Assembly: GCA_017470645.1 (NCBI GenBank)
Contig: JAFUYJ010000001.1
Coordinates: forward strand, 16,091 to 80,090
DNA length: 64,000 bases
Direction: 5' to 3'
Source of the DNA: Clostridia bacterium
GTDB lineage: Bacteria; Bacillota; Clostridia; TANB77; CAG-508
Every line of letters begins with the position of its first letter. The first letter of the stretch is position 1. Shown here in pieces: positions 39,952 to 51,776 of this stretch. The position numbers and the translations under genes were made by a program. The notes under the pieces were generated by a model, which did no database searches, was not told the origin of the DNA, and saw nothing but the letters and a program-made list of their open reading frames with translations.

Positions 39952-41169
39952 ATGAAGAGTTTTCAAGATAAAATTGAAGATAGAGAAGTTATATACATAG
40001 AAGATTTAGTGTTGGTAAAGGACACAAAAGATAGCACATATAAAGATAAAGAAGACAAGGGGATAAAAAAAGGTGGATATATTGGAACCACAATGGGAAA
40101 GTTTAATACAATGCAATATGAGATATATACTAAAGAAGGTAAAAAAGTTGGCTTGGCTGATTATAAAACAGGAAAGATAATAGCTTGGAATTCGAAATAT
40201 AAGCGCAATAAAAATCTAAACGTAAAGCAACTAATAAAAGAACAGGTTAGAAAAGACAAGGCAAGAAAAAACAAAAAAGAGTCAACTATAATAGATACTA
40301 CGAATAAAAATGCACAAGAAAACGATAAGAGTAAAGAGAGCAAAAATGAAAAGTCTAAAATCAAAAATATAGAACAAGAAAAGAAAAAAGAAACATTTAC
40401 TAAAGAAAAAATAGAGTCATATAACAATGTTAAAATTAAGGATTTTGCATTTGTTGCAGATTTAATTAATCCAAACGAATACAATATTTATGATACATAT
40501 TTCATAAATAAAGATGGTAATTTTCAAATGTATGCTCAAGATTTACAAACAGGTGAATACAAAAAAATAGATGAATATATTAGAAAAAAGAACAAAATTG
40601 GTGAGATTGATACAATTGAAAAAAATAGAAATGAAGAAAAAATAGGAATGGGGCAAGAAGTAACATATCTTAATAGGAATGGCGAAAGGGTTGAAGTAGA
40701 TTTCCAACAAATAAATACAGGAGAGATAGAAGCAAGGGTAACATCAAAGGAAAGAAAAGGAGATAAATCTGGAGATATCGATAAAGATGGTATCGTTGAA
40801 GGAATAAAAATTGCTACAGACCGAGATCCTAATAATATAAAAGTTGAAAAATTTGATAATATTGAAAGTAACGTAAATCAAGAAAAAGAAGAAAATAACA
40901 TACAAACTAATGAAATTAACGAAGGACCACTTACAGACCAACAAATGAAAGAGCAAATTGGACAAGCTAATTTGGAACCAAAAGATGAGGCAGAAGTTAT
41001 AAGGGAAATTAGTTCTAGATATACAAGTAAAAATCCTACAGAAAAGGAATTGTATGAGATTATTGGTAAATATGAGCACGAAAAAGACGATTATGAAGAA
41101 AGATTAGAACCAGGATATACTAGAGATAAGAATGGTGTACTAAGATTTAGGGGATTGCCAATAGAATAG
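39952..41169 (+). CDS. hypothetical K/E/N-rich low-complexity protein
   Basis: 405 aa, highly charged, with no TM segment or signal peptide and no motif I recognise. Confidence 0.5.
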   Translation: MKSFQDKIEDREVIYIEDLVLVKDTKDSTYKDKEDKGIKKGGYIGTTMGKFNTMQYEIYTKEGKKVGLADYKTGKIIAWNSKYKRNKNLNVKQLIKEQVRKDKARKNKKESTIIDTTNKNAQENDKSKESKNEKSKIKNIEQEKKKETFTKEKIESYNNVKIKDFAFVADLINPNEYNIYDTYFINKDGNFQMYAQDLQTGEYKKIDEYIRKKNKIGEIDTIEKNRNEEKIGMGQEVTYLNRNGERVEVDFQQINTGEIEARVTSKERKGDKSGDIDKDGIVEGIKIATDRDPNNIKVEKFDNIESNVNQEKEENNIQTNEINEGPLTDQQMKEQIGQANLEPKDEAEVIREISSRYTSKNPTEKELYEIIGKYEHEKDDYEERLEPGYTRDKNGVLRFRGLPIE

Positions 41170-41180
41170 AAAAATGAAAA

Positions 41181-41216
41181 ATATGTAAGGTAAAGTAACG
41201 CCTTACATATTTTTTT
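41181..41216 (+). terminator. rho-independent terminator
   Basis: atatgtaagg taaagtaacg ccttacatat followed by T6. Confidence 0.75.
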
Positions 41217-41269
41217 GTATAAAATTTGCCAAATTTGGAGAGAATATTTCTAAAAAAGAAATACAAGAG

Positions 41270-44200
41270 GTGGCAAATTTGAAAAACTACAAAATAATGA
41301 ATACAAAGGGAGTTTTGCTTGATAAATATCAGCTAGAAAACTATTTAGCTAAGCTTGCTTCTGATAATATTTTAAAAAATAAATCAGACAAGAACACATA
41401 TCCAATACCAAGATTAAAAGAAAATTATGAATATATAACAAAAGTATACAATACATTAACAGAACACTTAAAACTTGGAATACCAATTCATCCAGCAGGT
41501 GAGTGGATTTTAGACAATTATTATATTATAGAAAAAACAGTAAAAACAATTTTAAAAGATATGCCATTAAAGAAATATACAAGTTTTATAGGTCTTGAAA
41601 ATGGTACGTATAAAGGTTTTGCTAGAGTATACATGCTAGCTAGTGAAATTGTCGCATATACAGATGCAGTAATTGATAGAAACAATTTAAGCAGTTTGCT
41701 TCAATCATATCAATCAAAGAAAAATTTGAGTATGGAAGAAATTTGGAATATAGGAGTATTTTTACAAATTGCTCTTATCGAGAATATTCGAGGAATCTGT
41801 GAAAAAATCTATGCTTCTCAAATACAAAAATATAAAGTTGAAAATATTATAGAAAGATTAGTTGAAAATAAGGATGAATTAAAATTTAAAAATGTTTCCC
41901 CAAGTAGATCATATTCGTATGGTGAAATGAAGTATCCTTTTATTGAGTATATGTCGTATAGATTAAAACAGTATGGTAGGCAGGCATATGCTTTTTTTAA
42001 TATTTTAGAAGAACAAGTTGAAAAAATGGGATTAAGCGTTTCGGAAGTTATTCAAAAAGAGCATTTTGATATTGCTGTGAAAAAAGTATCAATGGGAAAT
42101 TCAATTACAAGTATTAATACTATAATTAGGGTCAATTTTCTTGAAATATTTGAGCAAATAAATGGTGTTGAAGAAATTTTAAAAAAGGATCCTGCATGTG
42201 TATATAGTAAAATGGATTATAAAACTAGAGCGTATTACAGACAAGAAATTCAGAAAATTGCAAAAAAAACAAAAATATCTGAAATATATGTTGCAAAGAA
42301 ATGTTTAGAATTAGCAAGTAGAGGTAAAGAAACTCATATTGGATATTATTTGATTTCAAAAGGAAAAGAACAACTACTTTCAGAGCTATTAAATAAAAGA
42401 GTTAAATTTATAAAATTAAAAACTAAAAAAAGAATATATGTTTTTGGAATTATATTGTTATCAATATTATTAAGCTTATTATGTGGAACATATGTGTATA
42501 AGAACGGTGCAAATATAATTATTTCTTCATTAATTTTTATTACAGCGCTAATACCAAGTCAAACCATAGTTGTGCAATTAATCCAATATATTTTGAGTAA
42601 AATAATAAAACCTAAGATGCTCCCAAAATTAGATTATAAATTAGGAATTCCAAAAGAAAGTGCAACAATGGTAATTATACCAACAATTGTAAAAACAGCG
42701 GAGAAAGTACATGAATTATTTTCAAAGCTAGAAGTGTATTATATAGCAAATAAGAGTGATAATTTATATTTTACATTATTAGGAGACTGTTCAAGTGAAT
42801 CAAATGAAAAAGAGGATTTCGACAGTGAAATAATAGAAGCAGGAATTAAAGAAATAGGTAGACTAAATGAAAAATATCCGGATAAAGAGTTTAGTAAATT
42901 TAATTTTATTTATAGGAAAAGAGTGTGGAATGAGGCAGAGGAATGTTATTTAGGATGGGAGAGAAAAAGAGGTGCTATTACTCAATTTAATGAGTATTTG
43001 TTAGGAAATATAAAGAACCCATTTTTATATAATAGTTTTGAAGAAAATTTAGGTGAGACTTTTGGGGACACTGACAAAAAGTCTCACCCGGAAATAAAAT
43101 ATGTAATTACGCTAGATAGCGATACAGATTTGACACTAAATTCAGGATTAGAATTAATTGGTGCAATGGCACATATTTTAAATAAACCAATATTAGATCA
43201 AAATAAAAATGTTGTAATTAAGGGGCATGCATTAATGCAACCAAGAGTTGGAATAGGATTGTTAGAAGTAAGACGAAGTTTGTTTACCGAAATTTTTTCA
43301 GGACAAGGTGGTACAGATTCATATGTTAACGCAATCTTTGATGTATATCAAGACAATTTTGATGAAGGAATTTTTACAGGAAAAGGAATTTATGATTTAA
43401 AAGTCTTTTCTAAGGTTTTGAAAAATGAAATTCCTGAAAATACAGTATTAAGCCATGATTTATTGGAAGGATCATATCTAAGATGCGGAATGGTTTCAGA
43501 TGTAATGCTTATGGATGGTTATCCTACTAATTATCTAGCTTTTAAGAAAAGGCTTCATAGGTGGATTAGAGGAGATTATCAAATATTAAAATGGATAAAA
43601 AACAGAAAGATAGATTTGTTATCTAAATATAAAATTGCAGATAATATATTGCGAAGCAAACTAGAAAGTAGTGTATTAGTATTATTAATATTAGTAATTC
43701 TTACTAATGCAGTTTATAAAGTGAAGATGTGGCCAATTATTGTATTTTTACTTGTGGCAGTAACAATTCCATATATTTTAGAGATAGTTAATAAAGTGAT
43801 ATTCAAAAAAGAAGGAGAAACAGGACAAAAGACTTTTGTAAAAAAACAAACCACATTAAAAAACAGCTTAATAAAAGCTTTTTTTACAATAATTACAATT
43901 CCAGATAAGGCATATATGGCTATTAATGCTGAGATTACAAGCTTATACAGAATGCTAGTTAGCAAAAAACATTTATTAGAATGGGTTACAGCTGAAGAAG
44001 CAGAAAAAAAATCAAAGAATGATTTAAAAAATTACTGTTTTAGTATGATTCCAAATATAATAGCAGGTATGATAGGAATAGGATTGGTATTATTAATTGA
44101 TTTACAAGTCGTACAGGAATTAGTGATTTTAGTTATTTCAATACTATGGATAATTGCACCTATAATCATGTGCAATATTAGTAAACCAATTAAAGAAATA

Positions 44201-47200
44201 GATAAGTTAGATTTACTAAATAAAAATGAACAAGATTATGTTCGACACATTGCTGAAAAAACATGGCTTTTCTTTAAGGATTATATTAATGAAAAAACAA
44301 ATTTTTTGCCACCAGATAATTATCAGGAAGACAGAAATCCAAAAGTTGTAATGAGAACATCATCAACAAATATAGGATTAGCAATGCTTTCAATAATTTC
44401 AAGTTACGATTTAGAATTTGAAAACTTGGAAGATACCATAAACTTATTAGAAAAAACTATAAACACAGTTTATGGTTTACAAAAATGGAATGGTCATTTA
44501 TATAACTGGTATAATCTAGATAATTTAGATCCACTAACACCTAGATTTGTTTCATCAGTTGATAGTGGTAATTTTGTGGGATATTTATATGTTGTATATC
44601 AATTTTTGGAAAATGTGATTCAAACTGTAGATAGCCCCTTGACTTTAATAGATAAAATTAATTCAATGAAAATACAAGTAAAAGAATTAATTCAAAATAC
44701 TGATTTTACAAAACTATTTGACTATAAAAATAACTTATTCTCAGTAGGCTTTGATGTTGAAGAAAATAAATTAGTCGATTCATATTATGATTTGATTGCA
44801 TCTGAAGCAAGACAAGCAAGCTTAGTTGCCATAGCAAAAAAAGACATAGATGTAAAGAATTGGTATAACTTAAGTAGAACACTTACTGTATTAAATAAAT
44901 ATAAAGGATTGATTTCATGGTCAGGAACTTCATTTGAATATTTAATGCCAAACATAAATATTCCAAAGTATCCAGGAAGCTTATTAGATGAATCGTGCAA
45001 ATTTATGATAATGAGCCAGAAAGAATACACAAAAAAACTAGGAATTCCATGGGGAATATCGGAGTCAGCTTTTAATTTGAAAGATTTAAATAATAATTAT
45101 CAATACAAAGCTTTTGGAATCCCATGGCTTGGATTAAAAAGAGGTTTGGCAGATGAAATGGTTGTGTCATCCTATGGTTCAATTTTAGCAATAACAGAAG
45201 AACCAAAAGCTGTTTTGGAAAACATAAAGAAACTAGAAAAACAGGGCATGTACGATAAGTATGGATTCTATGAAGCAATAGATTATACTCCAAATAGGGT
45301 AGGTAAAAACAATAAATATGAAAATGTTAAAACATATATGGCACACCATCAGGCATTAATTTTACTATCAATTAATAATCTGTTTAACAAGAATATCCTA
45401 CAAAAAAGATTCATGAAAAATCCTGAAATGCAAGCAGTTAATATTTTATTAGAGGAAAGAATGCCTGAAAATATAGTTATAACAAAAGAACAGAAGGAAA
45501 AAGTAGAAAAGATAAAATACAATAATTATGACTATTATTCAGAAAAAACATTTACTAAAATAAATAATGATATAGATAGATATAATTTAATTGCAAATAA
45601 GGATTATACCATAATAATGGATGACAAAGGGAATGGCTTTAGCAAATATAAAGATATATTAATAAATAGATATAAACCAACATCCGATTTAGAGCAAGGA
45701 ATATACTTCTATGTAAAGAATATTAAAAATAAAAAAATTTGGACTAGTGGATACAATCATGGGTATGAAGAGCCTGATAAATACACTGTAACATTTGCAC
45801 CGGATAAAACTAAAATAGTAAGAATTGATGGGAACATAGAAACTAAAACAATAGTAACTGTAAGTCCAAATGATTCTGTAGAAATAAGAAGATTGGAAAT
45901 TAAGAATTTAGGAAACACTGATGAAACTTTAGAAATAAGCTCTTTTATAGAGCCAGTTCTATCAAAGAAAGAGCAGGATTACGCTCATCCAGCATTCAAC
46001 AATTTATTCTTAAGTTACGAGTATATTGCAGATACAAATACTATTTTGGTAAAGAGAAAAAAACGTTCTGAAAATGAGCAAGAAATGTATATGGCCGTGA
46101 ATCTATATTCAGAAGAAAGTTCAATTGGAGAAGTTGAATATGAACTTAGTAAAGAAAGATTTATAGGAAGAAATAATTTTGATATTCCAAAGCTTGTAGA
46201 AAATTCAAAACCATTTAGCAAGAAAGTTGAATTAACAACAGATCCTATTATTGCAATGAGAAAAACTATAAATATTAAAGCAAAGGAAAAGATAATATTT
46301 GATTTGATTATTTGTGTTTCAAAAGATAAAGAATATGTGTTAAATAAAATTAAAAAATATATGAATATTGATAATAACAAAAGAACATTTGAACTTTCAA
46401 AAGCAAGAGTTGAAGCAGAAAATAGATATTTAGAAATTACTGGAAAAGATATTGCTATGTATCAAAGATTGTTAAATTATATTATTGGAAATAATTTAAA
46501 TAGTAGTGGAAATGTATATTTGGAAGATATCTATCCAATAACAGAATTATGGAAATTTGGTATTTCTGGTGATTTTCCAATTGTTTTTGCTAAAATAAAA
46601 AATGTAAGTGATATTGATGTTATCTCAGAATTAGTCAAAGCGTACGAATATTTTAAAACCAAAAATCTAGAATTCGATTTAGTAATATTAAATGAAGAAA
46701 AGGAAAAATATGATAGCTATGTTAAGGATGCGATTCTTGATGCGATTTTAAACAGAAATTTAGCGTATATGTTAAATACCAAAGGTGGAATATACGTGCT
46801 AAATAACATCAAGGAGCAAGATGTTGATTTAATTTCTGTATATTCAAAATTAGTTATTGATGCAAAAAACGGAAACCTAAATTTACAGCTTAATGAGCTA
46901 GATGAGAATATTATTAAAATAAACAAGAATGATATGATAGAAAAACAAGAATTAACACAAGAGGAAAGAAAAGATAATTTATTGCTAAATAATAATCTAC
47001 AATATTATAATGATTTTGGCGGATTTTCACAGGATGGGAAGGAATACTTGATACGAGTAAATAAAAATGAAAATGTACCAATGCCATGGAGTCATATTTT
47101 AACAAATAAAAACTTTGGAACAGTCGTTACTGAAGGAATGGCTGGATATACATGGTATAAGAACAGCAGATTAAATAGAATTACTTCGTGGTCAAATAAT

Positions 47201-49422
47201 CCAGTTTTAGATGTGCCATCAGAAGCTATTTATATAAAAGATGATGAAACAAAAAAAGCGTGGTCTTTAGGTTTAAATCCTATGCCAGATAATAACGATT
47301 ATTATATAACATATGGATTCGGATATGCAAAATATCTTCATGAGAGTTTACGGTATAAAGCAAGAAGCGGAAATATTTGTTCCTAAAGACGACTGTGTAA
47401 AAGTGTATATGATTAGACTTAAAAATGAAACGCCTCGTAGGAGAAAATTAAAACTGGTTTACTATTTGAAACCTGTATTGGGGGAAGAGGAAGTAAAAAC
47501 AAATGAGTTTCTAAAGATGAAATATAACAAAAATAGCAATATGGTATTAGCTAAAAATGTTGTAAATTCTGATTTCCATGATATACTGTTTGTATCAAGT
47601 AGTGAGAAAATAAAATCATACACGGGACAAAAAAAAGAATTTATTGGAAATGGCGGACTACAAAATCCATCAGGTTTGAATTTAGACAATTTCAGTAATA
47701 ATTTTTCATGGAAATTAAGTAATATAATAGCAATTGAAATTGAGGTTGAGCTTGAATCATTGGAAAACAAAGAAATTTCAATAGTTATGGGAACAAATGA
47801 TACAATAATTGGATGCCAAGATTTAGCATACAAATATAGTAATTTAAATAATTGTTTCCAAGAAAATGAAACAGTAAGAAGATACTGGGGTGATTTATTA
47901 AGTAAAATACAAGTGAAAACACCGGTAGACTCTATGAACATTTTATTAAATGGATGGGTAATGTATCAAACAATAGCTAGCAGAATGTTGGGAAGAACAG
48001 GCTTTTATCAATCTGGAGGAGCTTTTGGATTTAGAGATCAGCTGCAAGATAGTTTAAGTGCCAAATATTTAAATCCAGAAATAACCAAAGAGCAAATTAT
48101 TAAACATAGCCAACATCAGTTTATAGAAGGAGATGTGGAACATTGGTGGCATGATGATACTAAAAGAGGAATTAGAACAAGATTTTCTGATGATTTATTA
48201 TGGTTACCATATGTAGTTGCAGATTATATAGAATTTACAGGTGATTATAGTATTTTGGATATTAAAACAAAATATATAGAAGGAAACGTATTAGAGGAAG
48301 GTGTTGACGAAAAATATGATTTATACTTGCCATCGGAAGAAGAAGGGACAATATTTGAGCATTGCGTAAAGGCTATAGAAAAATCACTAAAATTTGGTGA
48401 ACATGGATTGCCAAAAATAGGATCGGGAGACTGGAATGATGGATTTAGTACGGTTGGAAATAAAGGTAGAGGAGAAAGTGTATGGTTAGCTTTTTTCTTG
48501 GGTAGTGTATTACAGAAATTTATAAAAATATGCGAATATGAAGAAGGTAAACAAAACGTTGAAGAATATGCAGGAGCTGAAAAAGTAAGATCAAAGAGAT
48601 ATAAGGAAGTTTTAGAACAACTTAAAAAGTCTGTAAATATTAAGGCTTGGGATGGAAGATGGTTCAATAGAGCTTTTATGGATGATGGGAAGGTACTCCG
48701 GAAGTTTACAAAATGAAGAATGTAAGATAGATAGTATTGCTCAAAGCTGGTCTGTAATTTCAAATATGGGAGATAATGACAAGAAATATATATCAATGGA
48801 AAGTTTAGAAAATCACCTAGTGGATACCGAAAACGGAATTATAAAACTTTTAGATCCTCCTTTTGAAAATGGAGATATAGAACCTGGGTATATTAAGGCA
48901 TATCTACCTGGAACCAGAGAAAATGGCGGTCAATACACGCATGCTGCTATTTGGGTAATAATTGCAGAATCAATGTTAGGACTTGGAAATAAAGCTACAG
49001 AATATTTTAGAATGATTAATCCGATTGAACACACTAAAACGAAAGATAGTGTTATGAAATATAAAGTGGAACCGTATATTATTCCAGCTGATGTGTATGG
49101 ACAAGGAAATTTATTAGGACGTGGTGGATGGACTTGGTATACTGGTTCAAGTAGTTGGATGTATATAGCAGGAATAAAATATATTTTAGGATTAAATATT
49201 GAAAATGGTTATATGAGTTTTAATCCATCTATTCCAAGCGAGTGGAAAGAGTATGAAATAAAATATAAAAATGGTGAAACGAGATACAATATAAAGATTA
49301 AAAATATTAACGATAAAAGTAATAAGGGAAAAACTGTAAAATTGAATGGGGATGTAATTGAGAATGGAAAAATAAAACTAGAAGGTAATGGAGGGGTAAA
49401 TGAAATAGAAGTAGAAATATAA
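41270..49422 (+). pseudogene. cyclic beta-1,2-glucan synthase-like giant protein (N-terminal domain, glycosyltransferase domain, TM region, C-terminal GH94 glycoside-phosphorylase-like domain). It is split into three ORFs by two +1 frameshifts near 47348 and 48699
   Basis: ORFs 41270-47386, 47313-48716 and 48652-49422 run in successive frames with 74- and 65-bp overlaps. The sequence reads continuously across each junction once one base is removed: ...KYLHES|(V)YGIKQEAEIFVP... and ...DDGKVL|GSLQNEECKIDSIAQSW... GH94-type motifs (GFRDQLQDS, HWWHDDT, WGISESAFN) and the total of ~2700 aa fit Cgs/NdvB-like proteins. The start codon is ambiguous among GTG 41270, TTG 41279 and ATG 41297. Confidence 0.7.
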
Positions 49423-49437
49423 ATTAATATATGAAAA

Positions 49438-49482
49438 AGACCTAAATGTGAGCCCGAAAGGGACTCATATTTAGGTCTTTTT
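49438..49482. terminator. bidirectional terminator between convergent genes
   Basis: agacctaaatgtgagccc gaaa gggactcatatttaggtct followed by T5. Confidence 0.65.
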
Positions 49483-49495
49483 GTTGGAACGACGA

Positions 49496-50167
49496 TTACG
49501 CTGAAAAGGCAGAGTATAATGGAAGCACTTCGCAAAGCTTAGAGTTTTTGGGGTCATCATAAGCCCATATCCTCATATAAATGAGGATGTCTCTAAATAA
49601 GCATGTTATCTTATGTATAACTTCCATGGCCGATTGATAAGGGAGTGTAGACCTGTTGATAACCATGTCATAGATAGTCATTTTTTTGTCAGACATGTCG
49701 CACACTCCGATAAACTTATTAACCATTTTGTCATTTTCAAGCTCAAAGTAATCCAGCTGGAAAAGCCAAGGCTTTTCTGGGATACGACGAACTTGTACTT
49801 GCATAAGATCTTCCTTGCCTGTTTCTTCATCAGGTTCTGTATAGAGTCTGAATGCGGAAATTCCAGGGTTTTGTACATCTAAGTCGAAATTTCGAAGGGG
49901 AACACTAGGGTCGTGTCCGTCTTGTACAATTTTAGAAGAAAACTCATGAAGCCATTGATAGTTCTTTTCACGAACTTCTACAAAAGGAATATTATCCTTT
50001 GTTTTTAAGTATTCCTCTTTGTCAATGTAAGTGGGTGGAACAATGGGGATTTTTACCATATTGCCACCTACCACAAAAGAGTAGAACCGTGGAATTCTGC
50101 TTCTTGAAGCCTCTAAAGCATTTTCAGTACTTGCCTTTAAAAGATTCTTCAGTCGTCTATTGTGCAT
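49496..50167 (-). CDS. hypothetical protein, GC-richer than surroundings
   Basis: Start MHNRRLKNLL is the complement of 50165-50167, after RBS ggagg. The track ORF over-extends by 14 aa. No motif I recognise. Confidence 0.5.
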   Translation of the reverse strand: MHNRRLKNLLKASTENALEASRSRIPRFYSFVVGGNMVKIPIVPPTYIDKEEYLKTKDNIPFVEVREKNYQWLHEFSSKIVQDGHDPSVPLRNFDLDVQNPGISAFRLYTEPDEETGKEDLMQVQVRRIPEKPWLFQLDYFELENDKMVNKFIGVCDMSDKKMTIYDMVINRSTLPYQSAMEVIHKITCLFRDILIYMRIWAYDDPKNSKLCEVLPLYSAFSA

Positions 50168-50357
50168 GTTGATTCCTCCTTGTGCACTATTAAAATGTGA
50201 ATATACCAACGTGCATTATTATATCATTTTTGTCGAATTATGTCAAACTAAATTATTTTTTTGAAAATTATTGTTTATTTTTTACAAAAGTGTTATAAAT
50301 TAATTGTGCTGTATAAAATAAATGACAGTAATATTTTACAATAAAGGAGAAATTAGA

Positions 50358-50729
50358 ATGGAAATTAACGAACAAAAAAGACAAAAATTTATGGAAAACG
50401 CAAGTAAAAGGGTAAATAATGTAATGCATAACATTCAAATTTTGGAACCTATGGCAAGAAGTAATACTTATGATTTTACAAGAAATGATGTTGAAGAGAT
50501 GTTTGCAGCTATGCAAGAAACTTTAGACAATACTAAAGCTGAATTTATCAGAAAACTTGAAGGTAGTGCTAAAACAGAAAGAAAAGCTTTCTCTTTTGGT
50601 CAATCAAAGAATATATCAGAGGTGGCAACTGAAGTTGTTAATACTGTTTCACAACCAAGTGTTGAAACAACTACTGAAACAAATGTTGCAGAAGAAGTTA
50701 TAGGTGAAGTAAATAATATTGCTGAATAG
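50358..50729 (+). CDS. small hypothetical protein
   Basis: ATG 50358 follows RBS aaaggaga. 124 aa, acidic and T/E-rich at the C-terminus. Confidence 0.45.
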   Translation: MEINEQKRQKFMENASKRVNNVMHNIQILEPMARSNTYDFTRNDVEEMFAAMQETLDNTKAEFIRKLEGSAKTERKAFSFGQSKNISEVATEVVNTVSQPSVETTTETNVAEEVIGEVNNIAE

Positions 50730-50746
50730 ATATAAAGTATATAAAT

Positions 50747-50776
50747 GGGCTATGGAAACATAGCTCTTATTTTTTT
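50747..50776 (+). terminator. rho-independent terminator
   Basis: gggctatg gaaa catagctc followed by a T-tract. Confidence 0.7.
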
Positions 50777-50891
50777 GCTATGTAAGGTTATTGGAAATAT
50801 TTACTTCTATTTTATGTCTAACAAATCATTGTAATTTTAAAAGCTTTTTTATATAATTAATTTATAAAAATAGAATAGGAAAAGTGATAAT

Positions 50892-51758
50892 ATGAAAGAA
50901 CAAAATTTGGTATTAAAAAATGTAAAGTCATTTAATTTAACACACATATTTGAATGCGGACAATGTTTTAGATGGAATAAAAATGAAGATGGAAGTTATA
51001 CAGGTGTTGTTGGAGAAAATGTTATTAATATAAAAATGATAGATAATAATGTATATGTAAAAAGCTTTGGAAAAGATAACTTAAATGAGTTAGTACATTC
51101 TTATTTTGATATGGATAGAGATTATGAAAAAATAAAAAAATCTTTAAGAAAAATTGATGAGCATATGAAGGAAAGCATTTCATATGGTGACGGAATAAGA
51201 TTGCTAAATCAAGACTTGTGGGAAACAATTATATCATTTATTATTTCAGCCAATAATAATATTCCAAGAATTAAGGGAATAATTGAAAGAATTTCAAAAA
51301 GATATGGTAATAGAATAATCTGGGATGGCGCCCAATATTACTCTTTCCCAACACCAAAACAACTTGGAAAAGCAAGTGTAGAAGAACTTAGAAATTTAGG
51401 GTTAGGTTTTAGAGATGTTAGGGTGTATGAAACCACACAAATGGTAGTAAATGGTGAAGTCGACTTTGATAAACTACACAATGAAAAAGATACACAGGTT
51501 GTAAGAGATGAATTATTAAAGTTGCCAGGCGTTGGTCCAAAGGTTGCTGATTGTATTTTGCTATTTTCAACGTTAAAAAGATTGGATGTTTTTCCAATTG
51601 ATGTGTGGGTTAGAAGAGTTATGAATGAGCTATATATTCACAACGAAGACGAGAATAAAGTAGACAAGAAGCTAGTACTAAGTTTAGCAAATGATAAATT
51701 TGCAGATTTGCAAGGAATAGCACAACAATATTTATTTTTTTGGAAACGTGGAATTTAA
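50892..51758 (+). CDS. ogg: 8-oxoguanine DNA glycosylase / AP lyase (OGG1-family, Clostridium Ogg-like)
   Basis: HhH-GPD motif LPGVGPKVADCILLF with catalytic Lys and Asp, plus an N-terminal FECGQCFRW OGG1-type segment. Confidence 0.8.
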   Translation: MKEQNLVLKNVKSFNLTHIFECGQCFRWNKNEDGSYTGVVGENVINIKMIDNNVYVKSFGKDNLNELVHSYFDMDRDYEKIKKSLRKIDEHMKESISYGDGIRLLNQDLWETIISFIISANNNIPRIKGIIERISKRYGNRIIWDGAQYYSFPTPKQLGKASVEELRNLGLGFRDVRVYETTQMVVNGEVDFDKLHNEKDTQVVRDELLKLPGVGPKVADCILLFSTLKRLDVFPIDVWVRRVMNELYIHNEDENKVDKKLVLSLANDKFADLQGIAQQYLFFWKRGI

Positions 51759-51776
51759 TTTGAAAGGAAATAAAAA

